NCBI GenBank assembly: GCA_963713605.1
Contig: CAVQMO010000010.1
Coordinates: 320,001 to 384,000 of the forward strand
Source of the DNA: an uncultured Nitrososphaerales archaeon
GTDB taxonomy: Archaea; Thermoproteota; Nitrososphaeria; Nitrososphaerales; Nitrososphaeraceae
DNA: 64,000 nt
Direction of reading: 5' to 3'
Shown here: one piece after another, positions 32,583 to 43,695 of the stretch
Layout of the letters: each line of letters begins with the position of its first letter
Position numbering within the stretch: position 1 is the first letter of the stretch
Notes under the pieces: model-generated
The model's database searches: none
What the model saw: the letters and a program-made list of their open reading frames with translations, nothing else
Told to the model about the DNA's origin: nothing
Made by a program: the position numbers and the translations under genes

Positions 32583-33212
32583 ATGTCCATATCCCATAGT
32601 GATCAGAACCCAATGCAGGTATTGATAGCTGAGGACGACCCTGACATAGCTGCACTCTACAAAAAGGCTCTAGAGAGGAGAAGCCATAGTGCCACCATTA
32701 CTTCCAATGGAGAGGATTGTCTTAAGAGGTATCTAGACGCGTTGCATAATATGACATTTGGAGTCTCATCGCCAAGTTCATCCATGTCTGATACACAAAG
32801 AACAAACCTGGATCCTTCTTTATCGAGTGGTTCTAATTTATTCAGGTCGGTCAACAGGTCCGCACCCTATGATGTTGTTATTCTTGATTACAGCATGCCA
32901 AGCATCAACGGAATGGAGGTAGCCAAAGAAATCTTGGCAATAAATTTGCATCAAAGAGTTATATTTGCTTCTTCATATGTGAAAGAAACCCTTGAACATT
33001 CCATTAAAGATCTCAAGCAAGTGGTAGAACTGATTCAGAAGCCCTTTTCATTGAACAAACTAGTGGACATCATCGAAGATAAGGGAGTATATGAACATTT
33101 GAGAACTCTTAACATTGACGTTGACCTTGTGAAAGCTGCAAACCCGAGCCATGAGCAAATCCTCGATCTTTTAGAAAGGTTAAAGAGAATCCAAAAGCAT
33201 AGGACGTTTTGA
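32583..33212 (+). CDS. Response regulator receiver with Ser-rich insert and short C-terminal extension
   Basis: VLIAEDD, DVVILDYSMPSINGMEV, IFASS, IQKPF. Confidence 0.88.
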   Translation: MSISHSDQNPMQVLIAEDDPDIAALYKKALERRSHSATITSNGEDCLKRYLDALHNMTFGVSSPSSSMSDTQRTNLDPSLSSGSNLFRSVNRSAPYDVVILDYSMPSINGMEVAKEILAINLHQRVIFASSYVKETLEHSIKDLKQVVELIQKPFSLNKLVDIIEDKGVYEHLRTLNIDVDLVKAANPSHEQILDLLERLKRIQKHRTF

Positions 33213-33517
33213 TCTTTTTGTCACTTCCCAATGGTATCTGGTCGTCACGACGGCGGCCACTGATTAACAGAACAACCCTGATAACAAACAGGTTCTACGA
33301 AAGAAGTATAGATATACTAAATCGTAGAAAGTATTCTAACCCGCTTGGAATCAAGTTTTCCATTATTTTTGGGTATCCAAAAGGAAAGTCTAAATGGGAT
33401 TTAAAAGTGTCAAGTGTAGTGGAAAAAAACTAGGGAGTGCATTATGTCATCATTTCTTAAGACCATAGTATTTTTGGATAGATGTGAAACTGAAAAAACG
33501 AGAGGTAGCTAAAACAA

Positions 33518-33781
33518 ATGGCTTTATATAAAAGCAAAAGGCTTCCTAGGTCGGCCAGAAGGTCACGTAAGCCGTTGCAAGAAAATTGGACAAGGGGTCC
33601 GGGGAGAGGGACAATGCTCCGATGTACTTATGTGAAATGTTCTTATGAATGGGAATACTATGGTCGCCGGAAGTGGGCGAAGTGTCCTGCGTGTCAGAGT
33701 GTGGTCAGAGTCGCATTGGCCAAGAAGAATCTCGTTTATCATCAACGTGCTTTGAATTCCACTGTATTTAAGAATAAATAG
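33518..33781 (+). CDS. Small basic Zn-ribbon protein
   Basis: CTYVKC..W.Y.G....KCPAC; Arg/Lys-rich. Confidence 0.55.
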   Translation: MALYKSKRLPRSARRSRKPLQENWTRGPGRGTMLRCTYVKCSYEWEYYGRRKWAKCPACQSVVRVALAKKNLVYHQRALNSTVFKNK

Positions 33782-33834
33782 GTTGAAATTATGTATTATT
33801 GAGATAAAACTATCAAAATCTACTGTTGAAGGCT

Positions 33835-34650
33835 TTAAGGTCTCCAGGTAAACTTGTTAGACTGTCTAAAGAATTCGTAAGCATTGTAAAAAGTCACCTT
33901 TTCTATTTGCTCAATATTAAAGTCCCTCGATTTTCTCATTTCTCTTGCCATCAGTGGAACACTCAAAGGGTCGGAAACTCCCCAATCAGCTGCACTATGT
34001 ATCATGATTTTTTCAGTACCGTATTTCTTTATTATACTGATTGCTCTATCAGGAGAAAGCTTAGTATATGGATACACTGACAACCCTGCCCACAATCCGA
34101 GATCTAAAGTTTTTTCAATGGTCTCTTCTACATTATGGTCTACCAATATCATTTTTCTCTTATATCTATTAGAATTATTCAATATATTCTCAATCCTATT
34201 CATCCCTTCCACTTTGTTATTGTGCGGTAAGTGTATTGTCATTAACAAATCTTTATCCGCCGCTATGTCCATCTGTTTGATGAATACCTCCTCTTCTAGT
34301 TCGCTTATAAGATTATAACCAATCTCGCCAATGGCCACTACTCGTTCCCTGTCAAGATATCCTTTTTTTGTCATTGCGTCAATTGCATCGAGTCCTAGAG
34401 GTCTAGCATTTGCCTCCTTAGGATTCACTGAAATACAAACATAATGTTCAATGGCGAATTCCCTTGCTCGTTGAGTTTCGAAGGTGATCATATGCTCCCA
34501 GTAATCTTCAAAAGTCCCTACAAACCTTCTCGGTCCTCCAAGCCAAAATGATGGTTGAACTATGACCTCGATGCCTGCCTTTGACATCAGATCATAATCA
34601 TCTGTCGTGCGAGAATACATGTGAATATGGGGATCAAATAATCTTGTCAA
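33835..34650 (-). CDS. TatD-family metallohydrolase (EboB-like)
   Basis: DPHIHMYSRTTDDY, FWLG.PR, VAIGEIG, IHLPH, VDHN, SAADWGVSDPL. Confidence 0.85.
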   Translation of the reverse strand: MTRLFDPHIHMYSRTTDDYDLMSKAGIEVIVQPSFWLGGPRRFVGTFEDYWEHMITFETQRAREFAIEHYVCISVNPKEANARPLGLDAIDAMTKKGYLDRERVVAIGEIGYNLISELEEEVFIKQMDIAADKDLLMTIHLPHNNKVEGMNRIENILNNSNRYKRKMILVDHNVEETIEKTLDLGLWAGLSVYPYTKLSPDRAISIIKKYGTEKIMIHSAADWGVSDPLSVPLMAREMRKSRDFNIEQIEKVTFYNAYEFFRQSNKFTWRP

Positions 34651-35342
34651 TTCTGCTGCACTGTCTTTCTCTCATATATATGGATGTAGTATATCAAATA
34701 TTGTATTCAAGACTACAACAGAAGGATTTATGGTGTTCGCGGAAATTCCAGCGAAACCTTGTAGCGTAAAGATAATACATATACTATTTCCATGTTTCGA
34801 TAAATAAACCAAAAACAAATTCGTGGATTCTACACCATGGCATCACGTCAGAGTCAGGATCGGTAGTAGTGGTATTAGAACCACATAACCGCAGTTTCAT
34901 GAATCTACGAAAGAAAGATATTGGAATAGAAGATCTAGCATACAAAATATTTAAGTTTCAGAATAATTAAGAATTACTAAGTAAAACCTTTCCCATGATC
35001 ATGAGGCAAGAAATATCATTCTTGGAATGAATCAGTATTTGCTGCTCCTCAAATTGTTGGAGTCCCAACTGCTATTCCCACTCTTCTACATGATACAATA
35101 CCTATATTTTTCAAAAACATTTTCGCCAACTCTTTCCGATTGTTTTATTGGTGAAATTTGGCCTAATCTAGAGCAGTGGTTACTCTAAAATCATTGCACT
35201 AGCTTTTTACATATTTTATATTTACCATGAGAATAGTATAAATCTAAGATCGAATATATTTAATAGTTAGAATTAGTGCAATTACTATCGCGAACGTGAT
35301 TAAATTTATATATTCAATATTCATAATACTATCAAATGCGCC

Positions 35343-35573
35343 ATGTCGGATGAGGATATAATATTTGCAGATTGGGAAAAAATTATTCTCAAGAATGCAC
35401 GGTCAAGGGATAGTAAAGAATTGGGGAATGTTATTGCTGTTGACGATGACAACATTATTTTAAATCAAGATAACATCGAATTTAAGATACCAAAGTCTTA
35501 TGTGGAAGGATATAGAGGTAACGCTGTCTTTCTCGGACTAAATGGAAAAGATATTCAGGACTATCAATTTTAG
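35343..35573 (+). CDS. Small PRC-barrel-like protein
   Basis: DWEKIILKNARSRDSKELGNVIAV...FKIPKSYVEGY; paralog of the disrupted gene at 58509..58759. Confidence 0.6.
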   Translation: MSDEDIIFADWEKIILKNARSRDSKELGNVIAVDDDNIILNQDNIEFKIPKSYVEGYRGNAVFLGLNGKDIQDYQF

Positions 35574-35601
35574 GAATGATACCCTTTAGAGCCATGATAA
35601 T

Positions 35602-36354
35602 TTGGTCCCACTCAAGATGACTATTTTACCGCTATCCATTTTTCAGTGGCTATGTTCTAATCAGTATGTCCTTCTGGCGATGAGCTTATTGAGTGTATTA
35701 CTTTTGCTCTTTGTTAATGTATCCGTAGTACAAATATTCATTTCGATTTCATCGATTCCGGATAGCACAATTATATCAAAGTTTGTAATTGTACTCATAC
35801 TTGTATTGATAGCGATTATTCCTCTGCCAATAATACATAAGGGAATAGTTCCAATTGCAATAGCAGGCATAGGGTTACCATTATTGTATGCTGGTACGGT
35901 AATCCCTATTACTACTACAGCCTCGACAAACATATCTGGAAACTCAGAAGAAATAATGTTCATTTCTGAAGGATACTTTTTACTTGGAGTGTCAATGATG
36001 GCGTTTAGTATTATCAGTGCATACAAGCCATCTATTCTATATGTCAAAAATAGGCCGAAAGATATAGGCGATATGAGCCAAGAAGATTATCCGCTGTGGG
36101 ATAAAATGGATGAAGGAGCAAGCCACGTTGTTTCTGTGGGTAGATTTGACGATGAGGTCTATATTCCACTCAAAGATTTGATGAGCGAGATAGAGACTTA
36201 CTTATTATGGCGATATTCGTATGTCTTGGTCTCGATCCATGGAATCCGTTACCTGACGGATCCCAATAGCTACGTTCCGTATAGTTCAATTATCTTGAGA
36301 GATGAAAACGGACGGATGATTGGAAAGGGCAGATTTAGCAGCTACTTAGTATAA
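35602..36354 (+). CDS. Membrane protein, hypothetical
   Basis: About four TM segments followed by a soluble tail. Confidence 0.6.
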   Translation: MVPLKMTILPLSIFQWLCSNQYVLLAMSLLSVLLLLFVNVSVVQIFISISSIPDSTIISKFVIVLILVLIAIIPLPIIHKGIVPIAIAGIGLPLLYAGTVIPITTTASTNISGNSEEIMFISEGYFLLGVSMMAFSIISAYKPSILYVKNRPKDIGDMSQEDYPLWDKMDEGASHVVSVGRFDDEVYIPLKDLMSEIETYLLWRYSYVLVSIHGIRYLTDPNSYVPYSSIILRDENGRMIGKGRFSSYLV

Positions 36355-36564
36355 CTATATCAAATACCATAGATCATTGATCCATTTGGCACGATGTGGG
36401 AAATGGATGTGAAAGAGAAAAGACATGGACTTGTTTTAGAGAAAGCTTGATTTGAATTCTTTTAACGAGTCGGCTAATTAGCTTGAATGGATAGTAAATG
36501 GATAAACAAATCTTTTTAACAAGATGACGGAGTACGATAGCTATTTGAAAGATGGGAACGATAA

Positions 36565-37134
36565 ATGAATGCTAAAAATAACAATAATTTGGATTTAATT
36601 ATGCAGATATCGGGTGATGTGATCCATTGCAAAAATTGCGAACTCTGTCATACTAGGAAAAATGCGGTACCTGGCGAAGGTTCTGCTTCGGCAAGGATCA
36701 TATTCGTAGGAGAAGCCCCTGGTAAATCTGAGGACATCCAAGGCAAGCCATTCGTAGGACGCGCAGGAAAGATCCTGGAAGCAGCTTTGTTAAACGCGAA
36801 TATATCCAGGTCTCAAGTTTTCATAACCAATATTGTAAAATGTAGACCTCCTGGAAACCGAAGACCCAAACATGATGAAATCATCAAGTGTAATGATTAC
36901 CTAAACAAGCAAATATCTGTCATTAACCCAAAAATTGTATGCATCTTGGGAGCGACAGCATATTCGTCACTTCTCGGTGGTAAAGAAATTACTTTAAATC
37001 GAGGAAAGTTGATAAATATCAATGGACGAGATTATTTCTTGACGATTCATCCTGCAGCGACTTTGTACCGAAGAAGTTTGCTCCGCGTCTTGGAGGAGGA
37101 CTTGGTGAAATTGTCAAAATTGATCATGGAGTAA
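36565..37134 (+). CDS. udg: Family 4 uracil-DNA glycosylase (4Fe-4S)
   Basis: [36 protein letters not shown]. Confidence 0.95.
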   Translation: MNAKNNNNLDLIMQISGDVIHCKNCELCHTRKNAVPGEGSASARIIFVGEAPGKSEDIQGKPFVGRAGKILEAALLNANISRSQVFITNIVKCRPPGNRRPKHDEIIKCNDYLNKQISVINPKIVCILGATAYSSLLGGKEITLNRGKLININGRDYFLTIHPAATLYRRSLLRVLEEDLVKLSKLIME

Positions 37135-37391
37135 TGATGGCAATAGTAGATGACCTCTCAGGTGCATAAGAGCAGTTAGTCGCATCATGAGAGGGCTTGA
37201 GATGGATTGAAAAGAAGGCAAGTTTTTGATCTTGATATGATTAAGCCTGATCCCGTGTTGTCGATGTAGATAATTATTCTTTAAGCAACTTAGATTCTAC
37301 GCCAACTCCATGAATGAATGAATCAGGGTACGGCCAATGGAAAAAATGTGAAATGCGCTAAACTGCAGTACTACATTTATCCCAGGAAATC

Positions 37392-38351
37392 TTGTTCTCT
37401 CATATGAAAATAGGTGTGATCGGAACTGGGATGATGGGAGCACAATTAGCGATCAGGTTAGCAAAGAGCGGACATGAAGTCATAGTCTTTAACAGGGACA
37501 GATTGAAAGCGCAGATTGTCCAGCACTCTATCGTTAAAAACGAAATCAGGATAGCAAGCACACCAGCAGAAGTAGGAAAAAATTCTAAATTCGTGATAGT
37601 TTGCGTGAAGGACCATCAAGCCATTATGGATATAACTGCTGTTAAAGGTGATACAGGCCTAATTGATACTCCAAAAAGTAACCAAACTAGAAAGGAATTC
37701 ATTGTAATTCAATGCAGTACAATATCTCCTACTGAATCAAATCATCTGGCAGATCTTTATGGGAAAAAGAACATCAAAGTGATCACCGTGCCAATTTTAG
37801 GAGGGATAAGTGCCGCAGAAAGAGGAGAACTGATTTTGATTGCTGCTGGTCCAAAAAAATCGTTCAACCGGGCCAAGTCTTTGCTCAAGGACCTTAGTAA
37901 ACAAGTATTTTATGTTGGGTCAAATCATGCTACCGCAAGTACGTTTAAACTTGCAGTCAATATTAATATCGCACTAATAGCTCTTGCACTTGCAGAAGGT
38001 TTGGCATTTGTGAAAGGCTCTGGTTTAAACCCAGAGATATTTATCAAGATTTTCAATTCTACCTATTTCAAGACTGGTATAAGTGAGAACAAGGGACCAA
38101 AAATTATTCATGATGAGTATACCCCTTCCTTCTCTGTTGCGAATATGGCAAAAGATCTAGAATTGACGTTGCAGACAGCGTATAGTTCAGGTCTTACACT
38201 CCCAGCTACTGCTTCAACTCATGCTATTTACAAAGCCTCGGAAGCAGTGGGCCTATCAGGTTTGGATTACACTTCAATAGCTTCTTTCATATTAAGGCTA
38301 AATAGAATCAGTCGCTTCGGAAAAAGGAAAAGGCAGATTAGAGGGTACTGA
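37392..38351 (+). CDS. NAD(P)-dependent beta-hydroxyacid dehydrogenase (3-hydroxyisobutyrate dehydrogenase family)
   Basis: IGVIGTGMMG, STISP, PILGG..AERGEL, FKLAVN, MAKDL. Confidence 0.88.
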   Translation: MFSHMKIGVIGTGMMGAQLAIRLAKSGHEVIVFNRDRLKAQIVQHSIVKNEIRIASTPAEVGKNSKFVIVCVKDHQAIMDITAVKGDTGLIDTPKSNQTRKEFIVIQCSTISPTESNHLADLYGKKNIKVITVPILGGISAAERGELILIAAGPKKSFNRAKSLLKDLSKQVFYVGSNHATASTFKLAVNINIALIALALAEGLAFVKGSGLNPEIFIKIFNSTYFKTGISENKGPKIIHDEYTPSFSVANMAKDLELTLQTAYSSGLTLPATASTHAIYKASEAVGLSGLDYTSIASFILRLNRISRFGKRKRQIRGY

Positions 38352-38759
38352 CTTTTTACTGTCTTCCCAATAAATCAGCGCCGATTTCCACGATTCACAT
38401 CTTTTTTGGAGAGTTAAAGTCGTCTATGGATCGACTGCATTTTAATCCGTTACAATGTTCACAGGTAGGCAGACAGATCACCCTTAAGCATCAAGTGAGT
38501 CAAATCAGAAGGGCGGGCATGCGTAAATACTATAATTATTGAATTTTTTGATGATCATTTCTGTACAATAGAATAAAATAAAATTCTTAAAATAGCTGTT
38601 AGCTGATGCGATTTAAACTTATAAAATGCAATAAAAAAAGTGGATGCCTCGCTATTGACTGGGATTTAAGTACTATTTGGCATCGATAATATAGTATTTA
38701 TTTAGACAACACAAAAAAAATAGTTACATGTGGCCTTTTCATAAAAAATGGCCTTCAAT

Positions 38760-39936
38760 TTAACCTGAGGCCGCCAAGAGTTTCTCTGCTTGGTTCAAGT
38801 TGCTGTTAATCTTGTCTATATGCTCTTGAATCTCCTCAATTGGTACATGGGTTTGGATCAACTGTCTCAAGTCTTCTCTAAGCATCAATTCAGTTGTCTC
38901 CATTAGGGTCCTATTCTGTTCCGCCAAAGGAGCTTCTACAAATTCATAGTTATCTAGATATGCTTGTATAGCTAGAGCGTCAGCTTGATCATAGTTCTGA
39001 TTTTTGTATTCATCAAGTGTTTGATTTAGTAAATTGCGGATCTCAGGGATATAGGCTGAAGTATCACTTGCGGTACCTGGAATATTTTCTTCATTAATAC
39101 CTGTCACCTCTGAGATTTCATGTATAATCGATCCAATCGCACTAGATACTACTTCGGGATTTGACTTTTCCTGAACTGCATTTCCAAGATCTGCAAAGAA
39201 TCCGCTTATCACCGGAACGTCAGCTGACTTTTCTTGAGGGATCGATGGAGAAGTTTCATTGAATATTGAGCTAGCTCTCGAAATAAATGCCTGCCCATCC
39301 TGATACTCTACTATTTCCTTTAATTGACCATTCTCTACTGCTTCTTTGTATTCGTTATTTGCTACAGATAATAGGTTTCCTACGACCATAAGATTGAATC
39401 CACTATCATTTATCTCTTGAACTGGAATGACTTTACCAACAGTATCATTGAGTAATCCATTGATATCCGAAGCCTTGGACTTAAATTCTTCTACAGTAGA
39501 ATTATCTACCATATTTGAAAGCTGGCTCAAAGAAGATGATAATGATTGATTCAGACTTGGATCTGCGGCATCTATTTGGACCTCGATGCTACTATAAATT
39601 TCTTCGATTGGATGAAGGGTATGTGCCTTTGCCAGCGTCGTATTACCAATCTCTTTGTTTGAGACGGCCTGCTCCAAGTGTCCCCTGATCTGCTCAATAT
39701 TTGAATCAAAATCCACCAATGAGCTGATTTGAAACACTAGAACTCATATTCGTGGCATTTTGCACTGCTTCGACTCCTGTTTCTCCTGATTCTTGTCCTT
39801 GCACAAATCCTGGGTACAGAGATGCTGATGCAAAAATGGCTATAGCACCAACAGCGAGACAAGCCACAAAAAGAACAGGGTTGACTTGTTGTTTACTTGA
39901 AAAAGTCAAGCTCTTCGTTTCATCTTGCATTTTCAT
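38760..39936 (-). CDS. Secreted helical His/Glu-rich protein, putative metal-binding/uptake; frameshift near 39720-39740
   Basis: Signal peptide in 39706..40011 frame joins 38760..39737; EQIRGHL, AHTLHPIEE, VEYQD, AYLDNYEFVE. Confidence 0.65.
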
Positions 39937-39937
39937 A

Positions 39938-39951
39938 TTAGTTGAACCTAA
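39938..39951 (-). promoter_or_regulatory. DtxR/MntR-type operator TTAG-N6-CTAA abutting the start codon
   Basis: TTAGGTTCAACTAA on the minus strand, 1 nt before the ATG. Confidence 0.55.
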
Positions 39952-40111
39952 CTCTAAGTATTTACTATTTATCTCATTTGATGATTCTCGATCCAGAGAA
40001 TAACAAATCAAATTTTGGTACTCAATGTCTCTTCATTGGAAAAATCACAATTAATAGAGGAAAATATATTGATATCTCATTCTAAGGACAGAAAATCGGC
40101 ATAGGCAATAA

Positions 40112-40145
40112 ATATTAGTTTAGTCTAATTAGACTGGTCTAATAT
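40112..40145. promoter_or_regulatory. 34-bp imperfect palindrome made of two tandem TTAG-N6-CTAA boxes
   Basis: ATATTAGTTTAGTCTAA|TTAGACTGGTCTAATAT; 14 of 17 pairs match. Confidence 0.6.
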
Positions 40146-40680
40146 CAGAGAGGTGGAGAATAAATGATGACTGCAAAATGTCTGGATAACATGCAATTGG
40201 CATCTGTATATTTGTATGTTTACAGTCACATTTGGAACATTCGAAATCTAACCTACAATCCTACTCGGCAACAACACGCTCTAACTTCTTGATATTATAC
40301 TGACCAAATCCTTGCCGGGTAGGATATTATCTTCTCATACATGATTAGCAGTTCAGGAATAATGTAAGGCAATGCCCCATTGAGTCTTGATAATTGCTAG
40401 AACTTGAAATTCCATTGTTTCACAATGTACTTGTTACTTGGGGACCAGATCATGAGTTAAAGGGAGAAAAAAAGAAAAAAGTTTCAAAAAGAGGGAAGAA
40501 GATTTTTCATGGTTGTTTCCAACCCTACTTTCGACTTCAATTGAAGATCATAATCATCATCATCCATTGAGAAGAATGGATAAGTAGATCATATTCAACA
40601 CCATCTTACGAAAATGTTTGTTCCAAATCAGAAAAGTACAACGGTATTGAGTATCGACATTAAAAGTATGAATAAATGTG

Positions 40681-40953
40681 TTAGACTGGACAACCTTCCA
40701 TTTGTTGAACTACAATCTCTTTTTCTATCATTTCTGGCGCTTCTTGAATATGGCAGAACTGACACTCTTCCTGTGTCATCATTTGGTCGCCCTCCCCAAC
40801 GCCTTCTAAATACTTTTTACCGTGTTCTATCGCTTTTTCTTGTGGAGTATCCGCCAGTACTATCACATCAAAATGCATTACTCTATTATCTTTTTTTCTA
40901 ACATATGTATCATACACAGCACATTGCATTATAGTAGTTTCTTGCCCAATCAA
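40681..40953 (-). CDS. DUF2024-like small protein
   Basis: VYDTYV.KKD.RVMHFDVIV...AIEHGKKYL...ECQFCHIQEA...MEGC. Confidence 0.75.
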   Translation of the reverse strand: MIGQETTIMQCAVYDTYVRKKDNRVMHFDVIVLADTPQEKAIEHGKKYLEGVGEGDQMMTQEECQFCHIQEAPEMIEKEIVVQQMEGCPV

Positions 40954-41306
40954 TATATAATCTGTATTATTATTCTCACCACAGAAAATAATCCTTCCAG
41001 TTTAGTCGGCACATTTCCTTCCCACAAGCTTTTTGACTAAATTCCAGCATGTAGCAGGATATTAACGTAGCAACTGTAACTATTGGTTATCAATAGAGAT
41101 CGTCTGGGTTTAAGTACCACTAGAATTCTAGTGTAATTTGCAAATTATACCATACAGCATCAAATATATTTCAAGATCGTAATTATTTTTAGATTGCTAG
41201 CATGGTTCCTTAATTCGCTGGACAATCCTTTATTTTGCGGATGGCTAAAATAGGACATCTCCTATTTTGCGGATGGATCCAGATTGAAAATATCAGAATG
41301 GAAAAT

Positions 41307-42286
41307 TTATTGCACTCGTTGAGTACTGTTTTTTAGAAACAACAGAGTCTTGTTCCATGCATCAGCTGTTTGCTCGGGAGCATAACTATCCCTTGATGGG
41401 TTAGCAAATGCGTGTCCTACTCCTTCGTAGACATAAATCTCGTTAGGAATTCCAATGGAATCTAGCGTCGCCTTAAAATTTGTCACATTCACAACCGGGA
41501 TTGAATCATCTTGGTCACCAAATATTCCCAGGTACTGGCCACTTGATCTTAGAGAGTTCATCCGGGTCAGAAACCAATCCTCCGTAATAAATTATTGTTG
41601 AGGACAAGGGATATTTCGGTTCTGTGTTTAATGCTAGCTGCAGAGACTGCTGACCACCGAAACACCAACCTAGAGAGGAAATTTGAGATGCATTAACATT
41701 GTCTAAGGAAGCAAGAAATCTGACGGCGAGCACGGAGATTTGCGATGGCCTCTGTCGGATTCTCCCTCACTGCTCCAGACAATTGCCCGGCATCTTCCTG
41801 ATTTGAAGCGACTTGACCGTTGAATAAGTCCACAGCAAGAACAACGTATCCTTCCTTTGCTAAAGTATCAGCCATCATCTTAATATGTTCATTTAAACCT
41901 CGATTCTCATGAATCATAACTACCGCTGGCAATTTGCTACCCACTAACGAGGATGTTGTTGTCGCTGTACTTGGAGTTGCTGGTAATTCGGTTGTATTTG
42001 CTTCTATCATTGAGGTGTCAGTGGACTTGGGAAAAACAAGGTATCCCGATGTATTGCCATAATAGTTAACCGTTTGATTCTCTAAAGCCAATTTACTGTT
42101 TCCTTGAATGGTGTTAGCTCTTGTTGAATTGGTCGAATTACCAATTGCATTTGACAAATCAGTGTCATTCGAGGAAATCATTGATGCGTTCGTTTCTTGT
42201 GCAAATGCATTACTAGTATAATGAACCTGGGTCAAAAGTACATACACAACAAATGATATCGTCATCCATATCCTAAATAATTTCAT
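41307..42286 (-). CDS. Secreted dienelactone hydrolase family protein, two frameshifts
   Basis: Signal peptide; VMIHENRGLN, GYVVLAVDLF, GWCFGG nucleophile motif, YEGVGHAFANP. Confidence 0.88.
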
Positions 42287-42313
42287 CTTATCTCCTCACC
42301 CAATAGTGCATCG

Positions 42314-42422
42314 TATTCTATTTGAATGATGCGGCATGATGCAACGTATTATTAATGAGTTACGTTTGCCTATTATAATAATAGATTAGCAGAAACAACG
42401 GCAGAAAAAAAAGCAGCAACTA
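42314..42422 (+). repeat. Dispersed repeat copy A (second copy at 58002..58091)
   Basis: TATTCTATTTGAATGATGCGG identical over 21 bp, then shared ATGCAACGT, TAGATT and AGCAGCAACTA. Confidence 0.75.
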
Positions 42423-42520
42423 ACATCCACCACCATCATGAATAAGACCAATGGCACAATCATAATTGAAACGAACCCATGGGTCACATGACAACGAGTA
42501 GATGTCTTCTACTCATTCAA

Positions 42521-42632
42521 TCCAAGTTAATCACTGCCTTAAGGACAGCAGTAGAAAAAAGGGAAGAAACATTAGACAAGGAAGGCAGCATCACATGATG
42601 ACTTGTTCGATGCATTCCGCATGAGTCTATAG
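42521..42632 (+). pseudogene. Relic of a terminase large subunit C-terminus
   Basis: SKLITALRTAVEKREETLDKEG, then shifted SHDDLFDAFRMSL*; HDDxxDA is the TerL nuclease motif. Confidence 0.5.
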
Positions 42633-43130
42633 TATTGGACCTCATGAAAAGTCTCTATTTTCAGCCGACACGGCTAAAAAATGAATTTTATGAAAGCATA
42701 TGACATGTAAGAATCTACTAGGCTGCATCGTTGACGGATATCGTCGTGTCTTTTGATGGGCCCTTATGACGATTCCAAGCTCGAAGCTTGATGTTTTATA
42801 CTGAACATTTTTGCCGTCTTAAATCAGTTTAAACCTTTACTTGAACTACTGAGCAGAATGTTACCTGCCATGCTCAAGTTTGGTAACGGATCGAAGGCAC
42901 ATAACTCTTCCTGAAATATAACGTACATCATTCGAGCCCAAACTTTGCGTCAAATATGATTCACAAACCTCTTGGCTTGTTGTAATCATGAATTACTGGG
43001 GCATCACTTTAAACTTTATTTACTGTCTGTCACAATACTTGTGGGAGAAAAGGTTAGGAGTAATGAACTTGTCAACCGTCATTTTGTATAAACACGTTTA
43101 TAGAGATCGTCTAAGACGAGGCATCTAGGA

Positions 43131-43457
43131 ATGGTTTTCTGCCTGTCTAACTATGTCCTTATGACAATTACCGTAATATCAATTGCAGCAGCATTGCTGG
43201 TCACGGGAGATGAAAAGAATACATTTGCTATGACATCGCTAAATGGGACGTCGGGAAATGGAGTCAGTGGGAGCCAACAGATCAAAAGCAATGAGTCAGC
43301 TTCAACTCTAGATTTGATGAAGGCCATAATAGGAGAATCACAAGGATCTGGAGTATTAGATCGGATGGCTAAATGCGGGGCCACAATGCATAATATGACC
43401 GAAGAACAACATCAATGCGTTGATGATCTGGCAATGGGTTTGGAAGGACTGAAATAA
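43131..43457 (+). CDS. Small secreted hypothetical protein
   Basis: Hydrophobic N-terminus; two C-terminal Cys. Confidence 0.5.
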   Translation: MVFCLSNYVLMTITVISIAAALLVTGDEKNTFAMTSLNGTSGNGVSGSQQIKSNESASTLDLMKAIIGESQGSGVLDRMAKCGATMHNMTEEQHQCVDDLAMGLEGLK

Positions 43458-43695
43458 TAGAATGGGGATCAATAGGAAATGCTGGAGATCTACGTGAAAT
43501 GTTTTAACATATGTACTGGTGTATGAAAATAAAGGGCAAGCAAACTACTAGCCATGACTACCGGTTTGGCTCTTACAGTGGGTTTGCAGTTTTGGAGTAG
43601 GGAGCCTGTCATAGTTCAAGCTGGCTTAGACATAATTATGAGATTTATTTGCTGCATTATACACTTACGTTATGCAACGTTTTCTATCGTAAGCC

